Source of the DNA: a virus
Taxonomy: Duplodnaviria; Caudoviricetes
IMG/VR virus record: IMGVR_UViG_3300044477_000030
Coordinates: 12,659 to 76,658 of that record
Strand: one strand, 5' to 3'
Length of the DNA stretch: 64,000 nucleotides
Below the pieces are notes generated by a model. That model saw nothing but the letters and a program-made list of their open reading frames with translations, did not search any database and was not told where the DNA came from. Every line of letters begins with the position of its first letter. Positions within the stretch are counted from its first letter, which is position 1. Shown here one piece after another: positions 28,668-38,049 of the stretch. The position numbers were made by a program, and so were the translations under genes.

Positions 28668-29995
28668 TAAAGCTCCCATAAAATTCTGTTCCCACGATTG
28701 CTAGGATCGTTGGGAAAAAATTCCTGACGAAGTATGGAAGAAAGGGAGTCGGGCGCATCGTCCGGTTCCTCTCCTTCACGATAGTCCAATATCTGATTCA
28801 AATATTCTGGATCTGTGTTGTTGTCGAACAAGAGCCGATCCCAATAATGGCGTCCATAAGAAACAATCTTGATATGCTTGTCCATCTTTTCCTGATAGGA
28901 ACAAACACGGGCCGGTTTGATTTTGAGATTTGTAGGATCGTTCGACGCCAACTGTTTTGACACATAACCCTTATCTGGGTTGATTTCGTTGTGAACTCTG
29001 GTGCTTCTGTAATTGAGCATGATCTGCTTGATGCGTGGCATGACAATATCGACGTGCTCCTTGAAGACCTTGCCGTACACCTGGATCTTCCCATCTTTTC
29101 TTTTCGAGGCGATGGTGAGTGCGTTGGTGTGGTCTCCAGAGAACTTGGCATCGAGATGGGAAGCAACCCACACATAAGGAACTGTGTGATCCCATTCGGC
29201 AAACATAGGATCTGTGAAGATCGCGCCTTCGTCGCTCAAATGATTAAGTTCGTAGTTAGCTGCGAAGAGGGATGCTGTCGTGAGTCCCTTGATGCCAGCC
29301 AATTCCGCTTCACTGATCAATCCTGTTTGATAACAGTCATATCTCGTTGGCTTTGGACACAACTGCCATCCGTCATCCTTATGCCATGGAGTTCCGACGA
29401 AGTGTACGGATCTTCCACGGTTGACGATATTGGTGATGATTTCGCGGATCACATCCTTGGATCTCTCGCGCTTGGCTTTGGAGATACGATCGTTGTATGT
29501 GATCAAGTCATCAACCAGAATCGCGCTATAATGGGAACCGGTGGGAACCGAATCTCCACCGTATGCATCAATTGAACCTTCCTTGGTAATTGATCTCTTG
29601 AAACTGAAGGTGAGCTGACCTGTCTTCTTTACCACAAACTTAGGAGCCTCGCCCATCTGGATCTTAAACAGAGCAGCAATCTCTGGCACTTCCATGTACT
29701 TTTCAATCGCCTTCAATGTCTTGCAGGCCTCTGTCCACGTCTCACGGATCAACATCACAGAATCATCGGGATGAGTCAGGAGCCACCAAATAATTCCCAC
29801 TTCCGTGACTGCGGTTGTCTTATAACCACCACGGTGCGCCTGGAGAGAAGTGTGTATCCCCTCTGGAGCACCCCAAACTTCCCAGCACCATTTCGAATGC
29901 ATATCGGTGAGCAGAGTCTTCCCTGCTAGCCAACCGATCTTATGGGGGTTGCGGATGCAATCCTCCAGCATCGAATGTGGATCAATTTTTGTCAT
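28667..29995 (-). CDS. terL: Terminase large subunit
   Basis: Walker A-like QAHRGGYKTT, LVDDL, FVGTPWH, nuclease DDAPDSLS. Confidence 0.85.
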   Translation of the reverse strand: MTKIDPHSMLEDCIRNPHKIGWLAGKTLLTDMHSKWCWEVWGAPEGIHTSLQAHRGGYKTTAVTEVGIIWWLLTHPDDSVMLIRETWTEACKTLKAIEKYMEVPEIAALFKIQMGEAPKFVVKKTGQLTFSFKRSITKEGSIDAYGGDSVPTGSHYSAILVDDLITYNDRISKAKRERSKDVIREIITNIVNRGRSVHFVGTPWHKDDGWQLCPKPTRYDCYQTGLISEAELAGIKGLTTASLFAANYELNHLSDEGAIFTDPMFAEWDHTVPYVWVASHLDAKFSGDHTNALTIASKRKDGKIQVYGKVFKEHVDIVMPRIKQIMLNYRSTRVHNEINPDKGYVSKQLASNDPTNLKIKPARVCSYQEKMDKHIKIVSYGRHYWDRLLFDNNTDPEYLNQILDYREGEEPDDAPDSLSSILRQEFFPNDPSNRGNRILWEL

Positions 29996-30884
29996 TGGTC
30001 TCCCCGACCACTTCAGCCGGTTGCGCTTGTTTGATTTCCTTATCCAACTTTCTCTGCGCATCCCGAAGAACACTTTCCAATTTGACAGCTATCCTTCCAA
30101 CTTCTTTACCGATTTCGTCAGTGGCGCCTCCATTCTCTGCTGCTTTGGCGTCCTTCTCAATCTTGATGGCTTCGGAAACAACTTTGAGGAATGCGGTCAA
30201 TTCCTTGATCGCCGGTCTGCGGTCTGCAAGTTCAATTTCAATAACTTCCCTGTCTGCATCCTTGCCGTAAACTTTTGTCTTGATGGACAGGATGGCGGAA
30301 CGGAGATTGGGAGGGACATCATCCCATGTCGTAAATACAGGAGAACCGTCAGGGTTGATGAATGTCGCAGGATCATAGAAGGCTTGAGCCCAGAAGGTAT
30401 CCATGATCTTATTGCGGACTTCAAGCAGACGCCCACCGATGAACATGGTGGAATATTCCGTTATGCACTTGGCCACACCCTCGCGAGAGAGCATCCTGGC
30501 GCCGAGTTGCATAGCCGTGGATTTCTTCACACAGGAATTTACTGCCGTAAGATATGCACTGGTGGCGTCGAACCCGTTCGCACAATATTCCGCCGCGAAT
30601 CTGGCCTCCTGGATGGAAGCCCCGGTGGATTTCCAATCTGGAATGATAGCCTTGATCTCTTCCGGCGTCATCTTCTCTTTGGCATGGCCGTCGGCAATCG
30701 CATCGGTCGGAGGCACGGTGGCAGGAACCGAGGCATCCGCCTGGGCAGCCAACTTTACCCTTGCCTCTTCTTCTGTGATGGGGGTCTGTCCCTTTTCATG
30801 CTTGGATCGCCACACCATTGCCTTCGCCTCGTCGTAGAGAGGGGAGGTTTTGTCGATATATTTTGGTTTGTAGATTTGTGGCAT
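29982..30884 (-). CDS. terS: Terminase small subunit
   Basis: FAAEYCANGFDATSAY...GARML HTH pattern; directly upstream of terL. Confidence 0.75.
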   Translation of the reverse strand: MPQIYKPKYIDKTSPLYDEAKAMVWRSKHEKGQTPITEEEARVKLAAQADASVPATVPPTDAIADGHAKEKMTPEEIKAIIPDWKSTGASIQEARFAAEYCANGFDATSAYLTAVNSCVKKSTAMQLGARMLSREGVAKCITEYSTMFIGGRLLEVRNKIMDTFWAQAFYDPATFINPDGSPVFTTWDDVPPNLRSAILSIKTKVYGKDADREVIEIELADRRPAIKELTAFLKVVSEAIKIEKDAKAAENGGATDEIGKEVGRIAVKLESVLRDAQRKLDKEIKQAQPAEVVGETNDKN

Positions 30885-31020
30885 TTTGAGATTCCTATAT
30901 GGAATAATACAAAAAATTGAGCTAAACCATCTCAAATTTCTTCACCCATCCACCCTATTCCACCCTGTAACGTCGAAAGTGCGCAAATTTTTGTATAATG
31001 GTAGAAGAAAAGGAGTGTGT

Positions 31021-31503
31021 GTGGAATTCGAAAAGAACCAGATTGTCGTCGCCAAGGAGACCGTCGAGGAACTTGGACTCTATGTTGGTCACGAGTACAT
31101 GATTGATGATGTCTTTGGAGATATGTATCTTTTATCTCCAAATGGACAGAATTATGCATTCTCTCCTTCCGCTTGGGCTAGTGCATCTCAACTCCGCGCT
31201 CTCGGTGAACCAGAATCCAAAGAAAATATCTATTGCGAATGCGATGTGTGTTCCGAAGATCACATCCACCGGGAAGGAAAAGAAGATCCTGAATTACAAC
31301 CTGTTGCCAAGAAAAAGCCTTCATGTGAAGAAGTATTCAAATTGCTGGACGAATGGAACCGCAAGATGGAATTGGACATCTTTGTCTTAGAAGACACTCT
31401 CGCACAGCAGGAAGAGACCAAAACTCTAACCGATGCAATTTACTATACTTATTGGTTCTCCATTGCTGTCTCTCTGTTCATCTTCGCGGGGATAATGCTA
31501 TGA
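31021..31503 (+). CDS. Hypothetical protein with C-terminal transmembrane helix
   Basis: GTG start after AAGGAG and a promoter motif at 30985-30999. Confidence 0.65.
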   Translation: MEFEKNQIVVAKETVEELGLYVGHEYMIDDVFGDMYLLSPNGQNYAFSPSAWASASQLRALGEPESKENIYCECDVCSEDHIHREGKEDPELQPVAKKKPSCEEVFKLLDEWNRKMELDIFVLEDTLAQQEETKTLTDAIYYTYWFSIAVSLFIFAGIML

Positions 31504-31799
31504 TCACCCAGCTAGGAACTCCGGTCGTCTGCATTTCCCCAAATCTGCATTGCCGATGCAATTCTCCAGAAAAGCTCATATATCCCGGAGTCGGTCAGAT
31601 TCTCCGAATTTCTGCAATTCGACGTCTTCCAGATCGCGGACGCACCGAAATGTTCTTCTCGTTCTTCGGGATGCCGGATGGTCTGTTTTTTCAATCGAAC
31701 GGTTTCCGAGCAGCAAAGGTCGAGGATCTGAAATTCGAGGACTATATGACTCATCTCATGGCCGGTTGGATCTATGGTGACAACGAGGCCAGTGTATGA
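31500..31799 (+). CDS. Hypothetical protein
   Basis: ATGA-coupled ORF MITQLGTPVVC. Confidence 0.6.
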   Translation: MITQLGTPVVCISPNLHCRCNSPEKLIYPGVGQILRISAIRRLPDRGRTEMFFSFFGMPDGLFFQSNGFRAAKVEDLKFEDYMTHLMAGWIYGDNEASV

Positions 31800-31945
31800 A
31801 GGTTCTCGCAATCGGAATGCTTGTTTATAGTTTCGCGCTGATGGGACTTATGGCCATCCGTCAAGCAATTAAGACGTCTGAATTCATGCAACGGAATCAC
31901 TACTCGATGCAATATTACATCAATTCTGTAAAGGAATGGCCATGA
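31796..31945 (+). CDS. Small membrane protein (49 aa)
   Basis: ATGA-coupled; MKVLAIGMLVYSFALMGLMAIR. Confidence 0.5.
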   Translation: MKVLAIGMLVYSFALMGLMAIRQAIKTSEFMQRNHYSMQYYINSVKEWP

Positions 31946-32038
31946 TAGATCCCAAGAAGAAAATCATCAAGGACGATATCTCCAAAGAAAAAGATCCTCC
32001 GAAGAAAGATCCTCCGAAGAACCAGCACGGGACGAGGC

Positions 32039-32497
32039 ATGGATAAGAAAATCCTGCTATTTTCCGTGGATGTGTGGAACAGAGATAGTTCCGATGTTGT
32101 CTGTGGGAAATTTATAAATGCTCTAACCAGCAAGTTCAATTTCAATTGTCAACAATCGCCTATCGACAAAGCCGGTCTTTACCACCCAATATTCGGAGAT
32201 AGAATATCTTTCTATCTCACGGAAAAAGAAATTTCACGAGAACCAGAAACATCAATCAAGGAAAAAGCAATGAAAGCACTCACATGGCTCCTCAATCTCA
32301 TCAAGCCCGCCAAGAAGGGCAAGAAGAAAAAGACATCCGAGACTCGGGCTCGCAAGCCAAAGAAGAAAAAGATCCTCTATACCGGCATCCAGAACGGGGA
32401 TCCACAGATCGCTCCTATTTCCCGCACACCGCAAGATGACGGGAGAGTGATTGTGACCGACGACGCCATAACCGATCTTCCATTTGGTCGCACATGA
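32039..32497 (+). CDS. Hypothetical basic protein
   Basis: ORF track; Lys-rich C-terminal half; start uncertain. Confidence 0.5.
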   Translation: MDKKILLFSVDVWNRDSSDVVCGKFINALTSKFNFNCQQSPIDKAGLYHPIFGDRISFYLTEKEISREPETSIKEKAMKALTWLLNLIKPAKKGKKKKTSETRARKPKKKKILYTGIQNGDPQIAPISRTPQDDGRVIVTDDAITDLPFGRT

Positions 32498-32748
32498 ACA
32501 AGGTCTTCATGTGGCTCCGTGTCACAAACCCCAGGGATTGCGGAGAGCTGGTCTTCATTGGAAACCTTCCATTCGATGCCATCATGCAATTCGTGAGCGA
32601 GCACCGTGAAGGCAAGTCTCCAAGCGAGATCGACGAGGTGATCGCCGCGATGGTGGCTGTACCGGCCATCGGTCTCATTGCGGCAGACCAGGCGACAGGT
32701 GGAATCGTTGGCGACGCCATCGGCACGTTCCTGGACATTTTCTTCTAA
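32494..32748 (+). CDS. Hypothetical protein
   Basis: ATGA-coupled ORF. Confidence 0.55.
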   Translation: MNKVFMWLRVTNPRDCGELVFIGNLPFDAIMQFVSEHREGKSPSEIDEVIAAMVAVPAIGLIAADQATGGIVGDAIGTFLDIFF

Positions 32749-32771
32749 TCCATCAACCAAAGAAAAGCTCA

Positions 32772-33749
32772 ATGTTCAAGAAACCAAAACAAGTTGCAGT
32801 AAAGCCAAAATTGTCCGATTTACCCGATTGGGTGAACCGTTTCGACAATTTCTTCATCACCGGCTCCGTCCGTTTCGGTTGCGAGACCGACGAAAGCGAT
32901 CTGGATGTCGTTCTTCCGATCTGGGAAAGAGAAGACGTGCTCAAGAGCATAACCCGAAAAGACGACATGGAGGAATCCAAGTACAACGTCGGGGTGAAGA
33001 TCACAAACGAACGTGGTGCAAAAATCAACTTCGTCTTCCTGCATCCCCTGGACTACGTTTCCTGGAACAAGGCCGCAGAGATGATCGACCTCTCCAATCT
33101 GTTCCGAAACAACCAGACTATCTGCCGCCCACTCCGCCATTCCATCCACGAAGCTCTCTGCGCAGCAGTCAAGACTTCCTTCTCTGGCCACACCGTTCTC
33201 AAAGACAACATGACCGAGTTCCTGACCAACGGGCCAAAAGAAGAGAAGTCATCGACCATCATCAGCATCGAACCACCAACGAATGGGCAAGACAACGATA
33301 ATGCCTTTTGGGGGGGACGTGAAGTCCTCTCTGCGGAACTAGGAACAAACATGGAATCGGCATCAGATACACAAATGGCCTTTTACTATTTTCGTTCAAG
33401 ACTCGCGGCAGAGACCTTTGCCGTGATTCTCGAACAAATGAAAGTCTTCGGTCTCGCGAGGGACTATCTGGTCGAAACGCACCCAGACGGTGGAGATCAG
33501 GTTTTAAAGTTCACAGTTTGGTACAATACCCTCCAGACCACAGAGAAGAAAGAGAAAAGAGTATTTGGCGGCCACACAGGTATCTCGGTTATGGATCTTG
33601 CCGCCTCCGGTGAACTCCGTGTCAAACTGCGGCATTTGATTGAATTTGGCCGCATTAAGGAGTTCGATCTGAAGTTCCCTATGCCGTGTTTTGCAGACAG
33701 CCAACGTGTCTCAGAACAGTCGAACGGGTACTACGAGATCTATTACTAG
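32772..33749 (+). CDS. Pol-beta-superfamily nucleotidyltransferase-like domain fused to an unknown C-terminal domain
   Basis: FFITGSVRFG...SDLDVVL matches hG[GS]-x9-13-DhD. Confidence 0.6.
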   Translation: MFKKPKQVAVKPKLSDLPDWVNRFDNFFITGSVRFGCETDESDLDVVLPIWEREDVLKSITRKDDMEESKYNVGVKITNERGAKINFVFLHPLDYVSWNKAAEMIDLSNLFRNNQTICRPLRHSIHEALCAAVKTSFSGHTVLKDNMTEFLTNGPKEEKSSTIISIEPPTNGQDNDNAFWGGREVLSAELGTNMESASDTQMAFYYFRSRLAAETFAVILEQMKVFGLARDYLVETHPDGGDQVLKFTVWYNTLQTTEKKEKRVFGGHTGISVMDLAASGELRVKLRHLIEFGRIKEFDLKFPMPCFADSQRVSEQSNGYYEIYY

Positions 33750-33777
33750 AATCTATCAACATTTTTCCTCTCGCGCA

Positions 33778-33805
33778 GGGCCGGTAGAAATACCGGCTCT
33801 TTTTT
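33778..33805 (+). terminator. Rho-independent terminator
   Basis: GCCGGTA-GAAA-TACCGGC followed by TCTTTTTT. Confidence 0.85.
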
Positions 33806-34829
33806 CGTCGTTCCACTTGTGGCATATTTCAGAATCGCATTCGAATCTGTTTAAAAATTGCCATTATTCGTTTTCTCTAATATCGTCCATTTTCAGATGG
33901 TTTTCTTCCATTTCCAACAATCTATCAACAAAAATCCGCTGGCCGACATTCCCAAAATTTTTTTTCACAAAAATCGAGCTCCAAAAATCGTGAACATACC
34001 CCCATCGGTGAGATTTTTTCCACCCCCAAATACCCACTTTACAGCCCATTGGCCAAAACTACCCCACTTAGGTAGCCAAAAGGTAGTAAAGTAGGCTAAA
34101 ATCGGCCTCCTTTTGCCCGGTTTCATGCCTCCCCGATCCCCATCCACCCATCTGCCGGTCTCCTTCTCCCGATTCCAGGCATCCAGCGGCCAGTTTCCCA
34201 TATCCCAATCCTCCCCGTCTCCCCCATACGGGCTTCCTGTGGTCAGTTTTCTGGTTTCTGGGCTCTGGCGCGCTCTGCGGGGCGGGAATCTGGGGATAAG
34301 GTAACTAGGGTCTGGGATAAAATCCGCTGGGGATGAATGAAAGTATGGTCTGGACACGGAGTGGTGCGATAGGAGGCCCAAATACCCCCAATACCCCCAA
34401 AAACAAAACCACCTACATCTTCCCAAGTTGTTCATCCACCAATTTCCCAATCCCCCAAAACATCCCAAGATATAGGAATCTTTTTACTAGGAACTATTTG
34501 CCGGTTCGGTTTGGCTTGGATAGGTAGAATTTGCTGGATTGAGCAGCTTTTGCACTTATGCCCTTGGAATTTATGCTATATTAAGCCTTTTGCCTATTGT
34601 GTGCCTTCAATCTGTGCCATATTGGGCAATATGCTATCCATTGCCTTTGGATCCATGGTATGTTTGGCGCTTTGCAGTGCTATACCTTTTGGCCCTATCC
34701 TTTGGAGTGCATAATAATGAAAGCTATTTAGTAGATTTGGCTATCCTATGCCTATTATCTTTGATTTGCGGGCCTTTTGTATTTGGGTTATAGGATAATG
34801 TCTATGATAGTTCTTTGTTGTATAGACGC

Positions 34830-34860
34830 AAAAAAAGGATACCTTTGTTTTGGTATCCTT
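34830..34860 (-). terminator. Rho-independent terminator ending the AT-rich minus-strand operons
   Basis: AAGGATACC...GGTATCCTT stem followed by a T-run on the minus strand. Confidence 0.85.
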
Positions 34861-34881
34861 TGGAGTTGGTTTTTCATTGGG

Positions 34882-35118
34882 TTAATTTGGCATCCCCTTT
34901 GATAGTTTCCTAAGAATATCTGAAGGAATGTACTTTCTTTTGTGGGAATTGTATTTTCCCTCATTGCCTTTTATTGGAATCCATTGGAGCTTATACATTT
35001 GCGCCCAAGATAGATTTGACCCTTTGCAAATATCCAAGGCCCAAAACAAAATAGCTTTGTGCTCTGGAAACGAATAATTCTCAATTTCCCCTTTTATTCT
35101 ATCTTTGTCGAATTTCAT
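34882..35118 (-). CDS. Small hypothetical (early-type) protein
   Basis: ORF track; coupled to the upstream gene. Confidence 0.65.
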   Translation of the reverse strand: MKFDKDRIKGEIENYSFPEHKAILFWALDICKGSNLSWAQMYKLQWIPIKGNEGKYNSHKRKYIPSDILRKLSKGMPN

Positions 35119-35387
35119 TGTTTGACCTCTTCGAAGACGTAACCTTTCACCTTTTGTTCCTCAATCGAAAGTCTTTTAAGTGTTCTTTGGGTTATTAGTC
35201 CGTGTTTTCCGTTTGCTTCGATTGAGTAGATTTGGGCGTCCTTGTCAATGGTGTACACTTTGAAGCTCGACATAGTTTGACCGAAAAAGCGCAAAGTTTG
35301 GCGACTGAAGAAATATTCTCCCAAATTTGAAGAATACTTAATGTCCGAAATTGTGGGCTTTCCATGTTGCAAGCTCATATTCAACAC
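35115..35387 (-). CDS. Small hypothetical protein (YFFSRQTLRFFGQT motif)
   Basis: ORF; motif recalled from small phage early proteins. Confidence 0.65.
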   Translation of the reverse strand: MLNMSLQHGKPTISDIKYSSNLGEYFFSRQTLRFFGQTMSSFKVYTIDKDAQIYSIEANGKHGLITQRTLKRLSIEEQKVKGYVFEEVKQ

Positions 35388-35767
35388 TCCTGGAAAAGTT
35401 CCAATTCTTGTCTTGACATCAAAGAAAGTATTCTTTTTGTGTTTTCTGCTATTTTTTGATATGTATTGAATGCATTGATTGAATCATTTGAATAGCCGCA
35501 ATCATCGCAAAAATCATTAAAAGAACAATCGGCCAAAGAAGTATCCAAAGCTAAACATTCCAAAAGATCTTCAATCTTTGGACGTTCTTTTCTTCCTTTT
35601 CCAGTAAAGAACTCAAACTTTTGAGAATTCCCCATTATTCCATTTTTGGAAAGCTCAAATATCCAAGCGTTGGAATTTGGGAAATTTTCGTTTATTACTT
35701 CAGTTGGACGAATTTTCCAATTCAAGGCATTCAAAACAGATTCTTTTGTGCAATTTGCGTTTTTCAT
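35381..35767 (-). CDS. Small hypothetical protein (FNDFCDDCGYSNDS motif)
   Basis: ORF with AAGGA RBS; motif recalled from phage early proteins. Confidence 0.7.
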   Translation of the reverse strand: MKNANCTKESVLNALNWKIRPTEVINENFPNSNAWIFELSKNGIMGNSQKFEFFTGKGRKERPKIEDLLECLALDTSLADCSFNDFCDDCGYSNDSINAFNTYQKIAENTKRILSLMSRQELELFQEC

Positions 35768-35787
35768 GGTTTTAGTCCTTTTTGATG

Positions 35788-35988
35788 TTAAAATCCAACA
35801 TAAACATAATAAACCGAAAAATCCTCATACTCCTCAAATTTTCCCATATCGGCTTGGTAATTTTGGAGAATTTGAGCTATTTTGGATTGTTTTGGTAGTC
35901 CTCCTACTATTTCCACCATAAGCCTAGAAATATAGGATTCTGTCAATTCGTCAGCCTCGTTCCATTTACTGAAAATTCTAAACAACAT
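35788..35988 (-). CDS. Small hypothetical protein
   Basis: MLFRIFSKWNEADEL. Confidence 0.5.
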   Translation of the reverse strand: MLFRIFSKWNEADELTESYISRLMVEIVGGLPKQSKIAQILQNYQADMGKFEEYEDFSVYYVYVGF

Positions 35989-35998
35989 AAAAATTCTC

Positions 35999-36367
35999 CT
36001 ATTTGCCAAAAAATAACTTTCTAAGTTCCTTAGTACTTCTTATTTCGACGCATTGGACAACGTCATAAGAGTAAAATTCATCTTGCCATTCTTCCTTTTG
36101 TTCTTCGGTATATTTTGGATTTTCATTCTCAAACTTCTCAAACTCCATTTCCTCAAATTGGGTTATTGCTTCTTCGTCACAAGAACCAAAAACTAAATTA
36201 GTCCCATAGACCCCTTGCAAGGCATAAAGTTTATCATTCCAACATTTGTACTTTGTGATGTATTTCAGTGAATAAACCAAATCACCAAAAGAATCAATAA
36301 AGGGAAAACGAATTTTTACAGAAATTGGGTATTTTGGTTCCTTGCCACAAATAAATAGAGTAAACAT
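35999..36367 (-). CDS. Small acidic hypothetical protein
   Basis: GAGG RBS, 122 aa. Confidence 0.65.
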   Translation of the reverse strand: MFTLFICGKEPKYPISVKIRFPFIDSFGDLVYSLKYITKYKCWNDKLYALQGVYGTNLVFGSCDEEAITQFEEMEFEKFENENPKYTEEQKEEWQDEFYSYDVVQCVEIRSTKELRKLFFGK

Positions 36368-36444
36368 GAAAACCTCTTGCTAAAGGTAACAAAGCGCAAA
36401 GACAATAGGAAAAAGGTAAATCAATGCGGCATACATGGAAAACC

Positions 36445-36573
36445 TCAAAAGGTTAAAAAGAGAAAATGGAATTCTAGGGACTCTTTAGGCATTGGCTTTT
36501 TTGGGCCTTTGAAAGCGCAAAAAACACAAGCAAGTCCAAACAATACAAAAGGAACGCTAATGAATAAAATCAT
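36445..36573 (-). CDS. Small membrane peptide (42 aa)
   Basis: TAATG-coupled; MILFISVPFVLFGLACVFCAFK. Confidence 0.4.
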   Translation of the reverse strand: MILFISVPFVLFGLACVFCAFKGPKKPMPKESLEFHFLFLTF

Positions 36574-36809
36574 TATGCTACCACAAAGAGAATGTTTTCC
36601 AGCTCTTCAGAAATTCCGCTTTCCCCGAAAATTTCTTCGAAACTTTGGGAAATTGCTTCTTTGTCGATAGTTGGAACATTTCCGGTGCATTCGGCAATTT
36701 TTGCCGCGACATAGTTAGCAATTCCAAAAGCCACATTATTTTCTATGGCAACTGCCATAGAATTTTCCAGTTCTTGATTATGCATTATCGATAGATTGAT
36801 GTGCGTCAT
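36573..36809 (-). CDS. Small hypothetical protein
   Basis: GAGG RBS downstream of a sigma54-type promoter. Confidence 0.65.
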   Translation of the reverse strand: MTHINLSIMHNQELENSMAVAIENNVAFGIANYVAAKIAECTGNVPTIDKEAISQSFEEIFGESGISEELENILFVVA

Positions 36810-36842
36810 AGATTTAATCCTCTTTTGCGGTCATCCCATATA

Positions 36843-36860
36843 TAGCTAAGTCCGTGCCGT
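36843..36860 (-). promoter_or_regulatory. sigma54-type -24/-12 promoter (CGGCACG-GACT-TAGC)
   Basis: GG (36858-57) N10 GC (36846-45); ATG 35 nt downstream. Confidence 0.6.
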
Positions 36861-37160
36861 TTGCCAAGTGCTATATATGGGCCTCTATATATCCCCACAA
36901 AAATGCGTTGTCCAACTTTGCTCTTGTGTGGGCAAATATTTCTTACACTAGGATTTTAGGCAAAAGTTTAATAACTTGAGATTCTTGATCTCAAATAAAA
37001 GCTCAAATCTACTATCATTTGGAATAATGGTGTTTAAAGCTCAAAATCCTCATTTAGAAAATGTATGTCATTCGTCGGAAAAAAAGCGGAACTTTTCGTT
37101 CCATCTAATTTCTAAAGTTATTAAAAGAACATTAAAAAAAACTAAAAAGTTGGCTAAATT

Positions 37161-37315
37161 TGCGCAGAATAGCCGAAAAAATTATCGTAACTTTTTGTTT
37201 CATCAAATAACTAAAAGTTCTCCACTTTATAGGAAATTTCCTCAAATAGTTTTGTTTTCTGCGCAGAATAGCCGAAAAAATTATCGTAACTTTTTGTTCC
37301 ATCAAATAACTAAAA
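37161..37315. repeat. 56-bp direct repeat x2 (period 99 bp, 1 mismatch)
   Basis: TGCGCAGAATAGCCGAAAAAATTATCGTAACTTTTTGTTYCATCAAATAACTAAAA at 37161-37216 and 37260-37315. Confidence 0.95.
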
Positions 37316-37525
37316 ACTGGACTATTCTACAATAGTCCTTTTCGGCATGGAATTTGATTATACTCTTTTAGTCATACCTTGGATTTAAGCTAAAGAAGCT
37401 AAGGCACTATTCTCATTTGGTATAGTGCTATTTAGCTCAAATTGCTCAAATCCATGGTCAAAGTTCTCAAGTTCCTATAAATACTAAAGTTGGTTTGGCG
37501 TCACGGGGCCAAGTGCAGCTAACCC

Positions 37526-37595
37526 CGATTGACGATTGACGATTGACGATTGACGATTGACGATTGACGATTGACGATTGACGATTGATGATTGA
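37526..37595. repeat. Heptamer tandem array (CGATTGA)9 plus one degenerate unit
   Basis: Read directly; sits right after the stop of 37599-37784. Confidence 0.98.
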
Positions 37596-37598
37596 TGA

Positions 37599-37784
37599 TC
37601 ATTCCTTCCTTTCTCTTTTCTTCACAATTCGATAAGGGTATTGTGGCATATTGACAAGATAATCCCTTTTCACCTTTTTTGCCTCTTGCCAAGTCCCTTC
37701 AGTGCAAACGCATTCCCACCCATTTCCAAATCCGTAATTACACTGAAGCTCGAATACATCAATGGTTTTCCTTGTGTATTTCAT
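37599..37784 (-). CDS. Small hypothetical protein (ELQCNYGFGNGWE motif)
   Basis: Coupled ORF; motif recalled from small phage proteins. Confidence 0.7.
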   Translation of the reverse strand: MKYTRKTIDVFELQCNYGFGNGWECVCTEGTWQEAKKVKRDYLVNMPQYPYRIVKKRERKE

Positions 37785-38020
37785 TTGGATACCTTCCCTT
37801 TCTTTTCCTCTTCAAAAGTTGCTGCTATTCTTGGGCGGTCATAGATGCCCATTTTCAAATCCTTTGGAGTAAACCCAAGCCAAATATGTTCATTCCCCAA
37901 TCTAAAAAGATTGTGAATATTGCATATGTCAATAGCCCTTTCGATGGTTATTCCCTTTTGTTCCAAGAATTCAGTTCTTTGACCGTTTTCGTACAATGTT
38001 GCCATTCTTAGCGTTCCCAT
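37781..38020 (-). CDS. Small hypothetical protein
   Basis: GAGG RBS. Confidence 0.65.
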   Translation of the reverse strand: MGTLRMATLYENGQRTEFLEQKGITIERAIDICNIHNLFRLGNEHIWLGFTPKDLKMGIYDRPRIAATFEEEKKGKVSK

Positions 38021-38049
38021 TGTGCTATCCTCTTTTGATTTGCAGCTAA

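Noticed and set aside
31975-32020. AAAGATCCTCCGAAG duplication
   Set aside because: A two-copy low-complexity repeat in a 34-aa Lys/Pro/Asp peptide; no further structure.
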